Position numbers and translations under genes: made by a program
The notes under the pieces: generated by a model
The model's input: only the letters and a program-made list of their open reading frames with translations
Told to the model about the DNA's origin: nothing
Database searches by the model: none
In this document: one piece after another, positions 51,623-64,000 of the stretch
Layout of the letters: every line of letters begins with the position of its first letter
Position numbering within the stretch: position 1 is the first letter of the stretch
Source: Rhynchobatus australiae
Taxonomy: Eukaryota
Length of the DNA stretch: 64,000 nucleotides
Direction: 5' to 3'
NCBI GenBank assembly: GCA_034780895.1
Contig: JAUZTB010000048.1
Location: 21,306,721-21,370,720 of the forward strand

Positions 51623-52074
51623 NNNNNNNNNNNNNNNNNNNNNNNNNNNNNNNNNNNNNNNNNNNNNNNNNNNNNNNNNNNNNNNNNNNNNNNNNNNNNN
51701 NNNNNNNNNNNNNNNNNNNNNNAGAGTTATATGCCCAATAAAATTGCATCATCAAGTTGTTCTCTGTCTCTGAAATTAGAACTGAATTTGTTTGCACTGC
51801 AGAAGATAGCTGAGAAAATGTGTGATACAAGGTTTCAGACTGTTGAAAGAATTGGATAATTTCACCAGATTGTTAACCTTCACTGTGATCTTAAGATTCA
51901 AAGACGGTTGCACAAAATTGGCAAAACTACACCTCAGAAAGCTTTCCTATAGAATAGTAAATGATCAGGAAGGAAAGTGGAAAAAATATCTGGTTAAGAG
52001 TAAGTGTACATAAGATTAATACTCCATAACATTTATTTTTATTGTCCCATTGAACAATGAAAATGCAATTGAAA

Positions 52075-52190
52075 GTAAAAAAAACTGCCGATACTGGAAA
52101 TCTGAAATTAAAACAGAAACTGTGGAAACCCTTCAGCAGGTCAGACAGCATCTCTGGAGAGAGAAACAAAGTTAATGTTCTTTGTCAATG
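52075..52190 (-). mobile_element. Penelope pLTR-derived arm
   Basis: 'actgccgatactggaaatctgaaattaaaacagaaactgtggaaacccttcagcaggtcagacagcatctctggagagagaaacaaagttaatg'. Confidence 0.7.
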
Positions 52191-52318
52191 AAAATGCCAT
52201 ATGTGAAAGTCAGTTGATCAGGATGAAACTGATGAAACTAATTTTGCATTTTATAACCCAGCATTCTAGACATGCATGGAGTAGCTCTGATATTCTGTTA
52301 AAATATTGAGTTCACCTC

Positions 52319-52435
52319 ACCCTCATAAAGTTAGCACTCGCAACTCACAACTTAAATACCCTCATAAAGTTAGCATTCGCAACTCACAACTTAAATACCC
52401 TCATAAAGTTAGCACTCGCAACTCACAACTTAAAT
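52319..52435. repeat. 39-bp tandem repeat x3
   Basis: ACCCTCATAAAGTTAGCACTCGCAACTCACAACTTAAAT three times, with one C>T in copy 2. Confidence 0.97.
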
Positions 52436-53506
52436 AGCTACCAGCTTTAAACAATAACTACATTATCCAAAGATACCCCTTGACATTCTTCACACTATCT
52501 TGTCTGACAAGGTTGCACATATTTGGAGGAACAGTGCCTGGGAACATGGATGCATGCAAATCTTACCTTCCANNNNNNNATTAGTGCTGGCTTTAAATGG
52601 AGTTATTGTTGATTGAGCCTGTGGCTAGTGAAATAGTGAAAATTATGGACAGATGTTATTGTTATACTTAAGCTGCCTTCTCACATCTGATTTTCTCCTC
52701 ATCGCTCAATTTGTTCTGATTTAAGTACAATGTAAGTATGCACCTTTTACTCCCACTCATTACCTTGCCAACATTACATTTTTGTGTTTTTCCCTTTGCA
52801 TATTCAAACAACTGCAACATACCTGGGCAGTGATGAAAGAGCAACTGGTGGAAAAGCAAGAAGACATTAATGATGAAGATATATCATCACTTGCACCTAT
52901 CAGCTCAGCTACTGAAACAGCATGAATTAAAGGCTGGCTAAGAGGTGGAATCTTTACATGGTGAAACATTGGGCATAAGTAACCTGCAGTGAGGATGAGG
53001 GGAAAGGTTAGTACTTGCCAACTCTCTGGATGACAAGGATGTGTACGGGTTCTGCTGCAGAGAACTCATGAATACTTTCATGGTTCAAATTACAGAGGGC
53101 TAATTTGTGTGTACAATGAAAAGTTACTANNNNNNNNNNNNNNNNNNNNNNNNNNNNNNNNNNNNNNNNNNNNNNNNNNNNNNNNNNNNNNNNNNNNNNN
53201 NNNNNNNNNNNNNNNNNNNNNNNNNNNNNNNNNNNNNNNNNNNNNNNNNNNNNNNNNNNNNNNNNNNNNNNNNNNNNNNNNNNNNNNNNNNNNNNNNNNN
53301 NNNNNNNNNNNNNNNNNNNNNNNNNNNNNNNNNNNNNNNNNNNNNNGCATTCTTCCACAGAGCGAATTTTTAATCAACTTGCCACTTTCTCTCGGTCTCT
53401 GTGAGTAACATTAGCTGAAGCCCATATTCTACAGTCCAAAAGAAGGTGACTAAAGGGAGAAACTTGGCCAGATATATTAACTATTTAACAGATTAGAAAA
53501 TAAATT

Positions 53507-53745
53507 GAGACACAAGAGACTGCAGATGCTACTAATACCCTACTACCCTTATGGATTACACTATTAGCCTCTATATCCAGGACATCATCCTTCGTCATTT
53601 CCACTTGTCCCCTTTATTCTGGCTACCTTCCCTCTCCACTCCCAGTCCTGATGCAGGGTCTTGATCTTGGAACATCAACAATTCCAACCCCCTCTCCCAC
53701 CCGACAAATGTTGCGTGACCCGCTGAATTCCTCCAGCAGATTGTT
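53507..53745 (+). mobile_element. internally deleted Penelope derivative (inverted arm, ORF scrap, hammerhead-like core, pLTR)
   Basis: Starts gagacacaagagactgcagatgct. YTISLYIQDIILRHFH (~53556-53603) matches the Penelope linker at 50.65k. Then cagtc-CTGATGC-agggtcttgatctt-GGAAC-ATC (53643-53676) and the arm gacccgctgaattcctccagcag. Confidence 0.8.
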
Positions 53746-55509
53746 AGAGAAAGGAATGATAGATAAAGATGTAAAGAAAATATTGCAATTCATGAAAAAT
53801 AAATTTAAAATAGATTTTAAAGTAGAAAATATTTGGAATAAGCCATCAACTGGTATATTGGAAGAAAAATTATTAAGGAGACTTAAAATGTATTCAGATA
53901 TTAAATTAGCATGGTTGGGGGTCAAGGGTATCGGTTATGATTTATTGTAGATGCAGAGAATTGAAGGATTAAGTATCAATTTAAGAGGAAGTAGAACATC
54001 AGAGGGATAAGTTTCATTGGGTCCCCAGATCATTTCTTGTCCTTGGCTTCCTTGCATATTTGTATAATATCTTGCTTTGAAGTTTCAACTGGGATTAATC
54101 AATTTGCTACAAGAGGCAGCGATGACAGGTTACAGGACATTGGAAAGAGGAGTCTCAAGAGGCTGACATTTCTTGTTCTGATGCTTCTATTTCACTTTAC
54201 AGCATATCAGAAATAGCAGTTTTACTTGCTCAAAGAAGCTTTTTATGGACAATCAAACTCACATNNNNNNNNNNNNNNNNNNNNNNNNNNNNNNNNNNNN
54301 NNNNNNNNNNNNNNNCTTAATCATTCTGAGGCTAATTTTTAAGATGTAATGTTTATAATACTTTTACTCTTCACCTGGCTTACACTGACAGGAATGGGTT
54401 CAATAGCAGTACCATAGTTTTGTTTTAAATTATGTATGAGGCAATGTGATATTGATATGGACCCAAAATTTTTTTTCATTGGTATAATTTTACAAGATGA
54501 AATAAAAAGGAATATATTTTGCAGGACCTAGTCAATGACAAGGTGACTCACCAGCGACCAGTGTGAATCAGATTATTGCAACAGCAACATACATACAGTA
54601 GTGATGCAGGTGTAAAATTCATATTGCTGTCTTCTAGATATTAGTTTACAATTTGAAATAATATCATTTTCCCAGTCAAAGGCAACTTTAGGTTGTGCAG
54701 CAATTCTTCCAGAGCAAGCTGTTCTTTCTTGTAAATATTTGCTATTATTCAAAATTGATTTTAAGACAAGTTCTAGTTTTGCTAATCCTCCAAACCAAGG
54801 CACAGTAGTAAGTTATTCTTCAGCTAATGTGCTAAAGAAGGTCTGAATGTGTTGGGAAAAATACGTTTTTGGAAGCTAATACAATCAATGAGCTATTTAT
54901 GAAAAAACATTTTTACAATTTTTGTCACACAGAGCACAGAACGTTAACTTGCCTTATAACAATAATTAAAAGACACAAATTATTGCTGGTCAATGGGTAA
55001 CACCCCTGTTGGACAAATCTAACAATGACTGTTGAAGTCAAATGGGACATAAATTTGTTTTTACCTTTTGGTAACAGGCAATGAACAAATATAAAAATGT
55101 TACATTGTTAACTGATTAATAGGGAGGGCGATACAAAAGTGTGTAATGTCACAATGCAGGTAAAATTCAACAGGAGGAATAACACTTTGAAAATTGGGCT
55201 GGCAATATTTGCTAATGTAAAATTCAGTAACTTGGAAATTCATACAAAAGTCTGTTCATAATGCAAATATGCTTTTCTCTGAGTTGCTCCTTGAAATGAA
55301 AATAGCCAACGTCTCTTAAATAGCCTTTGCTTCCTAAAGAGGTTGGCACACAAACAGAGTACTTAGGTCAGCAGACTGGCTCAAGGAACAGAAGAATTGT
55401 GGTTGCTGCAAATGCAGAACAGAAATGTAAAAGGAATGTCACAGCAATATGAGATAACTCCCCAAACATAACAAAAACATATTAACCAAAATCATTTTCT
55501 ACTTTGGAC

Positions 55510-55640
55510 GTACAAGAGACCACAGATGCTGGAATCTGGAACAACAATCCATCTGCTGAAAGAACTCAGCGGGTTGAGCAGCGTCTGTGGGAGGAAAGGA
55601 ATTGTCAACACTCCAGGTCAAAATCCCGTCCTGAAGCAGC
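55510..55640 (-). mobile_element. Penelope pLTR-derived arm
   Basis: 'acaagagaccacagatgctggaatctggaacaacaatccatctgctgaaagaactcagcgggttgagcagcgtctgtgg' is the reverse complement of the 26.07-26.14k arm. Confidence 0.75.
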
Positions 55641-57149
55641 TCTCAGACTTATGTGATCCTCTCCCTGCATTATACTTTCAAACAGCTGTGTCATCTGTGT
55701 TGTTCCCCGAATTTTGCCTTCACAGCTTTCTGGAGGCAAAACCATGGAAACAATGCGAATGATGTAGTTGTTCCAATGTACAGTGTAGGAAGAGGATCAT
55801 GCAAGGAATTCCAAAAATTCATATCCCTTTGGAAGATGAATTTTTTTTTCATTTCTATATTATACTGAAACTATGCCCTTTAATTCTGGATTTCATCATA
55901 AGAAGAAACCTCCTCATGGGGTAAGCCCTGTCAAACTCTTGATTTCTTCTAGACTTCAGTGAGTACAGGTATCCCCAGATTTACAAGTGCTTTATTTAAA
56001 CACTTTTGCTCTAACAGATGGCATACCAGTTTCCGTGCATTGGAATGCATTGTACCAAATTCCCATCAAGTATTTTGCCCAGGTTTTTTGATTCACAAAA
56101 TTTTGCTTTATGAAATGTTTTTCAGGAATGCATCTCTTTCATAAATTGAGGAATGGCCCAATTTGTCTGCACGATTAACAGTTGACATAACTTTGTTGCT
56201 CTACCAGATACAGGATCAACAGTCTGTAGGTTCTATGTTGATGAATCATTTCTCTATAGCAATTTTTATTCTACTGAACATGCTCTGCAGTGCATGAGTT
56301 GAATGATGGTTAAGGTGTAATAATTGGTACCTGCCACTTGGTACTATAAGGAGTAATATTAAATGCTTCCATTTGTTAATCATTACAATTAGTGATCTTT
56401 GCTCATTAGCATGCATGTCTAGGTATCCAGTGAAGAAAGATTACTCGAAGATGGGAAAAATTCTCGACATTTTGTCATTTCATAAGATATTTGAAAAAAC
56501 TGACTAAATTGGCTCCAGTTTCTTGAAAGGTGTGGTTCTCCTCTCTAAAAAGCCACAAGGCTATGGTGTTGCTTGGAGGTTATGTAGATAAGGTCTCCTT
56601 TGTTGCACTGTTAATTACTTGTTAACTGTTTCACCCACTCATTATTCCCTAGTCACTGAGTTTGCATGCTTGAAACTTATTGTCAAAAAGTTAAGGAAAG
56701 TACAGCAAAGAGTTAGAACATGGTAAAGACCTGAAGACACTCTTATCACCTGATTTATTGAGTGAGAACAACTGCTGCTTGGGTCACTGCTCTATTNNNN
56801 NNNNNNNNNNNNNNNNNNNNNNNNNNNNNNNNNNNNNNNNNNNNNNNNNNNNNNNNNNNNNNNNNNNNNNNNNNNNNNNNNNNNNNNNNNNNNNNNNNNN
56901 NNNNNNNNNNNNNNNNNNNNNNNNNNNNNNNNNNNNNNNNNNNNNNNNNNNNNNNNNNNNNNNNNNNNNNNNNNNNNNNNNNNNNNNNNNNNNNNNNNNN
57001 NNNNNNNNNNNNNNNNNNNNNNNNNNNNNNNNNNNNNNNNNNNNNNNNNNNNNNNNNNNNNNNNNNNNNNNNNNNNNNNNNNNNNNNNNNNNNNNNNNNN
57101 NNNNNNNNNNNNNNNNNNNNNNNNNNNNNNNNNNNNNNNNNNNNNNNNN

Positions 57150-58170
57150 TAGAAGAGGGATGCCATTGACCAGACTCAGCCAACGTACAATCAATGGATT
57201 ATGTCATAGCTTCAGAGTTCTGCCACATCCAGTTGTGAATGATGGTGTCTTTCAAATAAGTTACAGGACATGAGCACAAAAGAAGTATCTGCAATCACCT
57301 TCAACCTCACCTTGAAGTCCCCCACATTACAAAGTCACTGCTCAGCCAATTCATTTCAGCCTGTGTAATATCAAGAAACTGAGCAGAAGTGCTGATACAG
57401 CTGCTGAGGTTTTATGCTTTGGAACTGATGGGCCTCTGGCCAAGCTATTCTAGTAACCCTACCGCTGACATTTACTGAGCAACAACTGTCACACCAATGT
57501 ATACTCAGTCATCATCAAAGTAATGGAAGGTTTCATCAGCAGTGTTATCAAGCAGTGTCTATTTACTTAAAACCTGTTTAATGATGCACAGTCAACTCAA
57601 GAATTGTCACAGCTTTAGTCCAAAGATTGACAAAAGAATTGAATTCCAGAGGCTGTGTAAGTGACTGCCATTGACATCAAAGCATTATTCAAATAGGTGT
57701 AACATCAAGAATCTCCAGCTGCATTCAAGAAGCTCAATACCATCCCAGACAAAGTGGCCTGCTTGACTGGTACACTTGGCCATTATGCTAAGCATTAACT
57801 TTCTCCAACGCTAATACACTGCGCCAACAGCATAATACAATCTACAAAATGCTTTGTAGCAAATTGCAGGGATCTTGTTGACAGTATCTTCAAAACATGT
57901 AGTCTCTTTAATCTGGAAGGACAAGGGCAGAGAGTGTGTGGGAATGCTACCAGCTCCAAGTTCCCAAAGTCACACACCACTCTGACTTTGAAGTGGATTA
58001 CCATTCCTTTCTTATCAATGCACCAAATCATGGAAGTCCCTACATAATCATAGTTTGGGAGTATCTACCTCGAGGATTGTAACAGTTCAAAGCAGCTCTC
58101 ATTCACCATCTTGAGGGCAATTGGAGACGGGGTCCTGGCAGATAATAGTCACATACCATGCATTGATAAA
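57150..58170 (+). mobile_element. CR1-clade LINE remnant (internally deleted)
   Basis: 'gaattccagaggctg..gtgactgccattgacatcaaagc' (xDIKxxF), and a 3' region similar to 43.7-43.95k ('aagtcacacaccactctgactt'). Confidence 0.65.
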
Positions 58171-58234
58171 ATTCAACTGATCATTGAAGTAACATAATGC
58201 TTGGAAACCGTTTTGGATTCAGTAACTTGTGGCA

Positions 58235-58880
58235 AAACAAGTGGATGGGGTGGTAAAGAAGGTATAGGGCATGCTGGCTTTCATTGGTCAGGCATTGAGT
58301 ATAACAGTTGGGAAATCATGTTGCAACTGTACAGTTTTGGTTAGGCCACATTTGTATAGTGTGCAGTTCCAGTAGCTGCATTACAAGAAGGCTGCGGGGG
58401 CTTTGGAGATGGTGCAGAGGAGGTTCACCAGGATGTCGCCTGGATTGGAGGGCCCTGGCTGTAAGGAGAGGTTGGACAAACTTGTATTGTTTTCTCTGAA
58501 GCGTCAGATCCTGAGGGGTGCCCCTGCTGAAGTGTATAAAATTGTGAGAGGCACAGATAGGGTACGTAGTCAAAGTCTTTTTCCCAGGTTGGAAAAATCA
58601 AATACTAGAGGGTATAGGTTTAAGATGAGAGGGGGAAACTTTAAAGGAGATTTGTGAGGCAAGTTTTTTTTAAACACAGAGAGTGATAGATGCCTGGAAT
58701 GCACTGCCACATTGCAATAACAATGTTTAAGAGAATTTTAGACAAATGCATGAGCAGGCAGGAAATAGTGCAATATGGACCATGTGCAGGCAGATGGGAT
58801 TAGTTTAGATCGGCATTGTGTTTGATACCAACATCATGGGTTGAAGGGCCTGTTTCTGTACTGTACTGTTCAATGTTCTA
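58235..58880 (+). mobile_element. CR1 LINE, 5'-truncated
   Basis: VQRRFTRMSPGLEG..KERLDKLVLFSLKRQILRG..EVYKIVRGTDRV, with tail 'gggttgaagggcctgtttctgtactgtactgttc'. Confidence 0.92.
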
Positions 58881-61800
58881 CGTAATATTTGTGCCCAGAA
58901 ACATGCATGTAGCATACATTGAACTGCAGTCTGCATTTGCTACTTCCAACTGCTCTGGCGGTGTCTTATGTTGATNNNNNNNNNNNNNNNNNNNNNNNNN
59001 NNNNNNNNNNNNNNTATTGTATTGCATTAGTTAATATATAATACCTCAGTTTATCAGCGTTTTAGTTTTAGAAATTGCAAGCAGAATGATTAACAGGGAA
59101 AATTACATATGTGGATAATGTATTATTTTCATTAAATATGCTAATTATGTGAACTTTTTGCCCTGCAAATGTATTTTTAAATATCCTGCTTGAGTCCTGT
59201 CAGCTGATACAAACTAATATTCACTTCATTGAATTGGAACCTCCTTAATGTCATAAAGTTCATGATTCTCCAGAGATGGATTATCATCCTTGGCCTTTAT
59301 TTAACCAGTTGCTATAAAGCACAAGATAAGCATTACTCAGCATGCTTCTGCCTGTAGGAAAATAAAATTCTGTTGGATAAATTTAGCCAGCAGAAAACTT
59401 TGACAATTAATATTTCCATTTTTACCATTACTCTGGAAGTATAATGTATGCTATAGAAGTGTAACAATTAATATCCTAGTTTCTAAAACTGTAACTACTT
59501 GCCCTTGAAATTCTAAAGTACACAGAGGTACGCAAGTACTAAATTGGCATTGCACATTGGACCCACATTAAGTTATTGGATGGGATATGAGAGAGCAATT
59601 TGCTTACATGCAGAACACACAAGATGTGTTTGCAAACCCCAAANNNNNNNTCATCACAATAATAGAAACAATGAACAACTTCAATAGTTGCTCAAGAAGC
59701 ACAATCTTTTAAATAGATAATCAGGAGCTCTCAAAGTGATAGTTCACAATGAGAACTACACTTCAAACAGTGGGTTTCCTGTGGAGTTCATGAAGATCCA
59801 AATACGATCCTTTGTTTATTGCAATCATAGTAATTACTTGAAAAGTCCACTTGGGCTTCTGGTCAATATGGAGTGGTTCAAGCCAGGAGCAGCACCACAC
59901 ATCAAACTACATTGCACAGATATTCAATTCAGTGGAATGGTATTAGAGGGAGCAACCACTAGAAGCATCAGAATAATTGGGGCACCACACCACTATATCC
60001 ACACCAATCATCCTCACTAACACCAACCCTCCTCCCTCCTCACCATGCCAATTCCAAACAAAGGAAAAGTCCTTGAAGGTCAGAGACATGAACAGAAGGT
60101 CTTTCTTCCTCCCAATGGCCTGTCTTTCCATTTGAGATCTAAGCCATTTTTTTCAGCTCATATCTGCCCTCCATATTTGCAACAACAACCTTGCATGCTG
60201 ACGGATATTACCACTGCAAGGAGGACTGTTAAACAGTTTCATATCACAGAGTGTCAACTGCGTTTTCCAGTCAATTTTCTGCTTTAAGTCAATCGTAAAT
60301 TCCAACAAAAACATACGCTACCCAACAGAATTTTTTGCTGAGTATTAAGTACATGCTTAAAGCAACCTTGGTAATGTTATCAGTCAGCATTTGAATTGTG
60401 GGTATTTATTTAAGTGCCAAGATTGGATCAGCAATCATGCATTGAATAACAAGTAATTCAGTACAGCAAATTGGAATTCAGAGCTNNNNNTTTAGTTTTT
60501 GACTCTTGTTTTTATCTATAAGTGGTATCATATTAAAGTGAGAAAGATATAAGTTGTTCTGGCGTAATTTTAATTGGAAAGCATGGACTTATTGGCTCTG
60601 TGAATGACTGCTTCTACGTGAATATATAATTCTTAACACCAAACAACCATCCAAAATAAATTTATTTGATGCATTATTTAAGCAATATGCTGTTGCTTTT
60701 GAGATTATTGAGATGTTTTTATGCATCATTACCTTTGCATAGATTGAATAATTGTAGCCTACAATGAATATGAACTAAAACCTGCAGAGGGAAGTAACAA
60801 ATAATGATTATTGTCAAGTGTTTGATTTTGAAAAGCCTAAGCAATGAACCATCATGCTTTGGCAAACCCTGTTTCCTATTATTCAATGAGAACAAAGAAA
60901 TTACATTTGTGCTGTGAATTGCATTAAGATATAAAGGAGAAATTAACAAATGATGTTGGCCAAAGACAAATCCGAATAACAAAACAAATCACTTTTTGCC
61001 TTCTATTTTACATTTATAATGAAAATGTAAGCAGCACAGTCACATTTGCTAACAGCATTTGAAATCCTTTAAAAAGACAGTCAGGTATTTGGTGAGATAT
61101 GGCTGATCTGTACCTCTGAACTATTTGCCATCCTTGTTATGTATCCCTTCATACACTTTAAAAGAAACATCAGTTACAGTCCTGATAACTTCAACTGATT
61201 AATATCCACAGATTTTTGTGGATTTATTATTCTCACTATTCTTTGTGTGAAAAACAATTTCCTGTATTAACTCATAAATGGTCTTGGTCCAATACTGAAA
61301 TTACTCTTTTGTAAATTTCCCTCTGAAGGAAACAATAATACGCTCAATTTAATCAATCCTGAACTCAAGTTCTTTTTAAAAATCAAGTTTATGCAAACTT
61401 TTCATATAATTTTATATTTTAAGCCCTGGAATAATTCTGTTGATATGTTGTTATGCTTTCTCTATGACCAATATCTATTTTCTGAGGTGAGACATAAGAT
61501 GCATACTTTCCTTTCCTGATTTGTGTGCAGTGATACCCAGATCCTTTTCTTCCTCTAAAGTAACTATAAAGAAAACACATTAATTTTCTTTTCATAACCA
61601 AAGTGGATAATATCAAATATTCCAGTCTAAAAGTTATTTGCCACAGTTTACGGTTAATAGTTAAGTCCCTTTGTTCTTCTATCTGCCTAATTTACAATGT
61701 CTTTTACTTGCAAATTTAGGTAAATACTTCAGATTGTAAATTTTCATATGGAAAAATGTACATTGCCATAAACAGGAGATGGAAATACTGTACTTCTGAT

Positions 61801-61944
61801 CATAGGATGACCAGGTATACAAGCAGATTTATTTGAGATATAAATATTCTTAATTAGTTCCAGTAATTCTCTCATCTTCATCCATAAATAATTCATACAA
61901 CAGGGATTTTATTAAGTTGCGACCAAGACTATAGACATACAAAC

Positions 61945-63290
61945 TTACAAACATACAAATTAGAAGCAGAAACAGGCCACTCTGCCCCTCAAGTCTGCTC
62001 TGCCATTTAATAAAATCATGGCTGAACTAATTATAACCACAACTTTGCATTCCTGACTACCCCAGGCAACCTATCATCCCCTTGCTCATCAAGTATCTAA
62101 TTCTCAGGATCTCAACGGAAGAGAATTTAAGACTCGTATAGTATGAATTTTGCATCATACTTACCTTAAATGGGTTTTAAAACAGGGATCTCTTGTTCTC
62201 CCTCAAGATCTTATGTTTTAAATATCCCCTCACTCTCTTCTAAAGTCAAGCAGTTACAAACCCAGCCTGTCCAACCTTTCCTCTGGAGACAACCCTCCCA
62301 TTCTATATATTATTCCAGTGAACTTTCTCTGAACTACTTTCAATGTATTAACATTTTTCCTTAAATAAGGAGACCAGTACTGTACCTGCCACCCCAGATT
62401 TGGTGTTAAAAATGCAAAATATAATTGAAACAATTTTCTACTTTTATATTCAATGCCCCNNNNNNNNNNNNNNNNNNNNNNNNNNNNNNNNNNNNNNNNN
62501 NNNNNNNNNNNNNNNNNNNNNNNNNNNNNNNNNNNNNNNNNNNNNNNNNNNNNNNNNNNAACAGGCCCTTCCAGCCCAACGAGTCCGCGCCACCCATTTT
62601 AAACCCCAAATTAACCTACCCGTGCATCTTTAGAATGTGGTAGGAAACTGGAGCACCCAGAGAAAACCCACGCAGACATGGGAGAACGTACAGGCTCCTT
62701 ACAGACAGCAACGGGAATCGAACCCCGATCGCTGGCACTGTAATAGCATCGTGCTAACCACTACGCTACCGTGCCGCCCAATTGCTTGCTGTAAGTGAAT
62801 ATTAGCCTTTTGTGAATCATGCATGAGGGCACCAAGATCTCTCTGCAATTAAGAGCTCTGCAATCTCTCAACATTTGGATAACATAGGTTTTTTTCCGTT
62901 AAAATGGGAAAAATACACATTTCCTTTTATTATATTTCATGTGCTAAATCTTTGCACAATCACTTAACCTATCTCTATCCCTTTCTAATCTTGGTGTGTC
63001 CCCTCACAATTTAGTTTCCTTCTATTTTATATCATTAAGAAATTTAGCAACCATATCTTTAGTGTCTTCATCCAAGTCATTTATATAAATTGAAAAATTT
63101 GAGACCCCTGAACTGATCCTTGTGAAAAGGCACGTATTACATCGTGCCAACCAGTAAAAGACCCACATGCCTCCTTTCTTTTTCCCAGAAGCCAGCCAAT
63201 TTTCCATCCATTCCAGATTGTAACCCCCTACATGATGAGCTTTGATTTTCCAGAGTAATCTTTGATGTGACACCTTTTCAAATGCTCACT
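61945..63290 (-). mobile_element. CR1 LINE remnant interrupted by a SINE
   Basis: SHQRLLWKIKAH..WMENWLASGK..IYINDLDEDTKDMVAKFLNDIK (ORF 63022-63273). The 3' end at ~61.95-62.05k resembles 22.97k. Confidence 0.85.
62560..62779 (-). mobile_element. young tRNA-derived V-SINE (HE1-like)
   Basis: A box TAGCGTAGTGG (62768-62758) and B box GGTTCGATTCC (62724-62714). V-domain gcgtgggttttctctgggtgctccagtttcctaccaca, CR1-type tail gggctggaagggcctgt, and many retained CpGs. Confidence 0.92.
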
Positions 63291-64000
63291 GAAGAGACAG
63301 AAGAGTTTTAAGTGGAAAACAAAGATAATTAATGGATTGGAGCTTGAGCCAAGTGCAAAAACCATCTTTATTATGCACTGAAATGCTCCTTGAAATTTAA
63401 ACAAAGGTAAAATAGATTAAAGCAGAAATGTTGTTCTCCTAACAAAAAAAGGCATTAGCTCACTAGGATATTGAACTACTCCAGGGTTTTAGGAAGTAGG
63501 CAAGTTTCTGCAAAATGCAGCACAGAAGTACATTATAGTCCTCAGAACCTGGCCTCCATCTCATTTCAGGAAATTTTCACTGTTGGAACCTGGAAAGGTA
63601 TTCTAGTGTGCCATACAGAACAGTTTTCCTCTCACCCAATTATGACGGTTATTAGGCAGAAATCAGGTGATGTGTCTCTCTGACTGGGTCTGTTTTTGTG
63701 CCTTTAGTTCCAATTCCCTTGTGCTTCATTTATTACTATCCTTTTTATTTACAGACCAGCCAAAAACTGTACAAAATTTTAAATTTACTTTCAAGCTCTT
63801 ATGAAAGCAAAATAAAATATTTACACCCCCACCCACCCCAACCATCCAATAAAGCCACTTGCATTTAAGTAGCCATATCCCCTTAAATCTGAATAGTTAG
63901 TCATATTTTGGCATCATCTTAGGTTTGAGCCATGTTTGGAGTTTTGGCTTTTGGCCAAATGAGCTGATGCTGCAACATTGCACACAGCCTTCTCAGTGTG

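Noticed and set aside
59736-60287. Two adjacent plus-strand ORFs (94 and 80 aa)
   Set aside because: No recognisable homology or clear splice signals. The lengths are compatible with chance.
62700-62779. tRNA gene
   Set aside because: The A/B boxes belong to a SINE head that continues into a V-domain and LINE tail. No complete cloverleaf or Pol III terminator is evident.

Overview
Eukaryotic, AT-rich, gappy (many N runs) vertebrate DNA. The repeat content (CR1/HER1-type LINEs, HE1/V-SINE-type tRNA SINEs, Rex1/Babar, L2, RTE and Penelope) points to a cartilaginous fish, probably a ray or other batoid. I find no intact protein-coding gene, RNA gene or CRISPR array. All long ORFs in the track are N-gap artefacts or decayed transposon frames, so the window looks like a large intron or gene desert. 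The main observations are: (1) about 10 Penelope-derived fold-back mini-elements, several with decayed minimal hammerhead-ribozyme cores, tied in-window to Penelope GIY-YIG/ORF remnants; (2) a heavily decayed two-part PIF/Harbinger fossil (Myb/SANT plus DDE transposase) at about 2.2-3.75 kb that the ORF track misses; (3) nested insertions into CR1 copies (Rex1, a solo LTR, a SINE); (4) a diverged 30-31 bp minisatellite, a young 39 bp x3 repeat and a perfect 17 bp hairpin; (5) a candidate TATA promoter with first exon and a candidate enhancer island. All family calls were made by eye from motifs, not by database search, and element boundaries are approximate.
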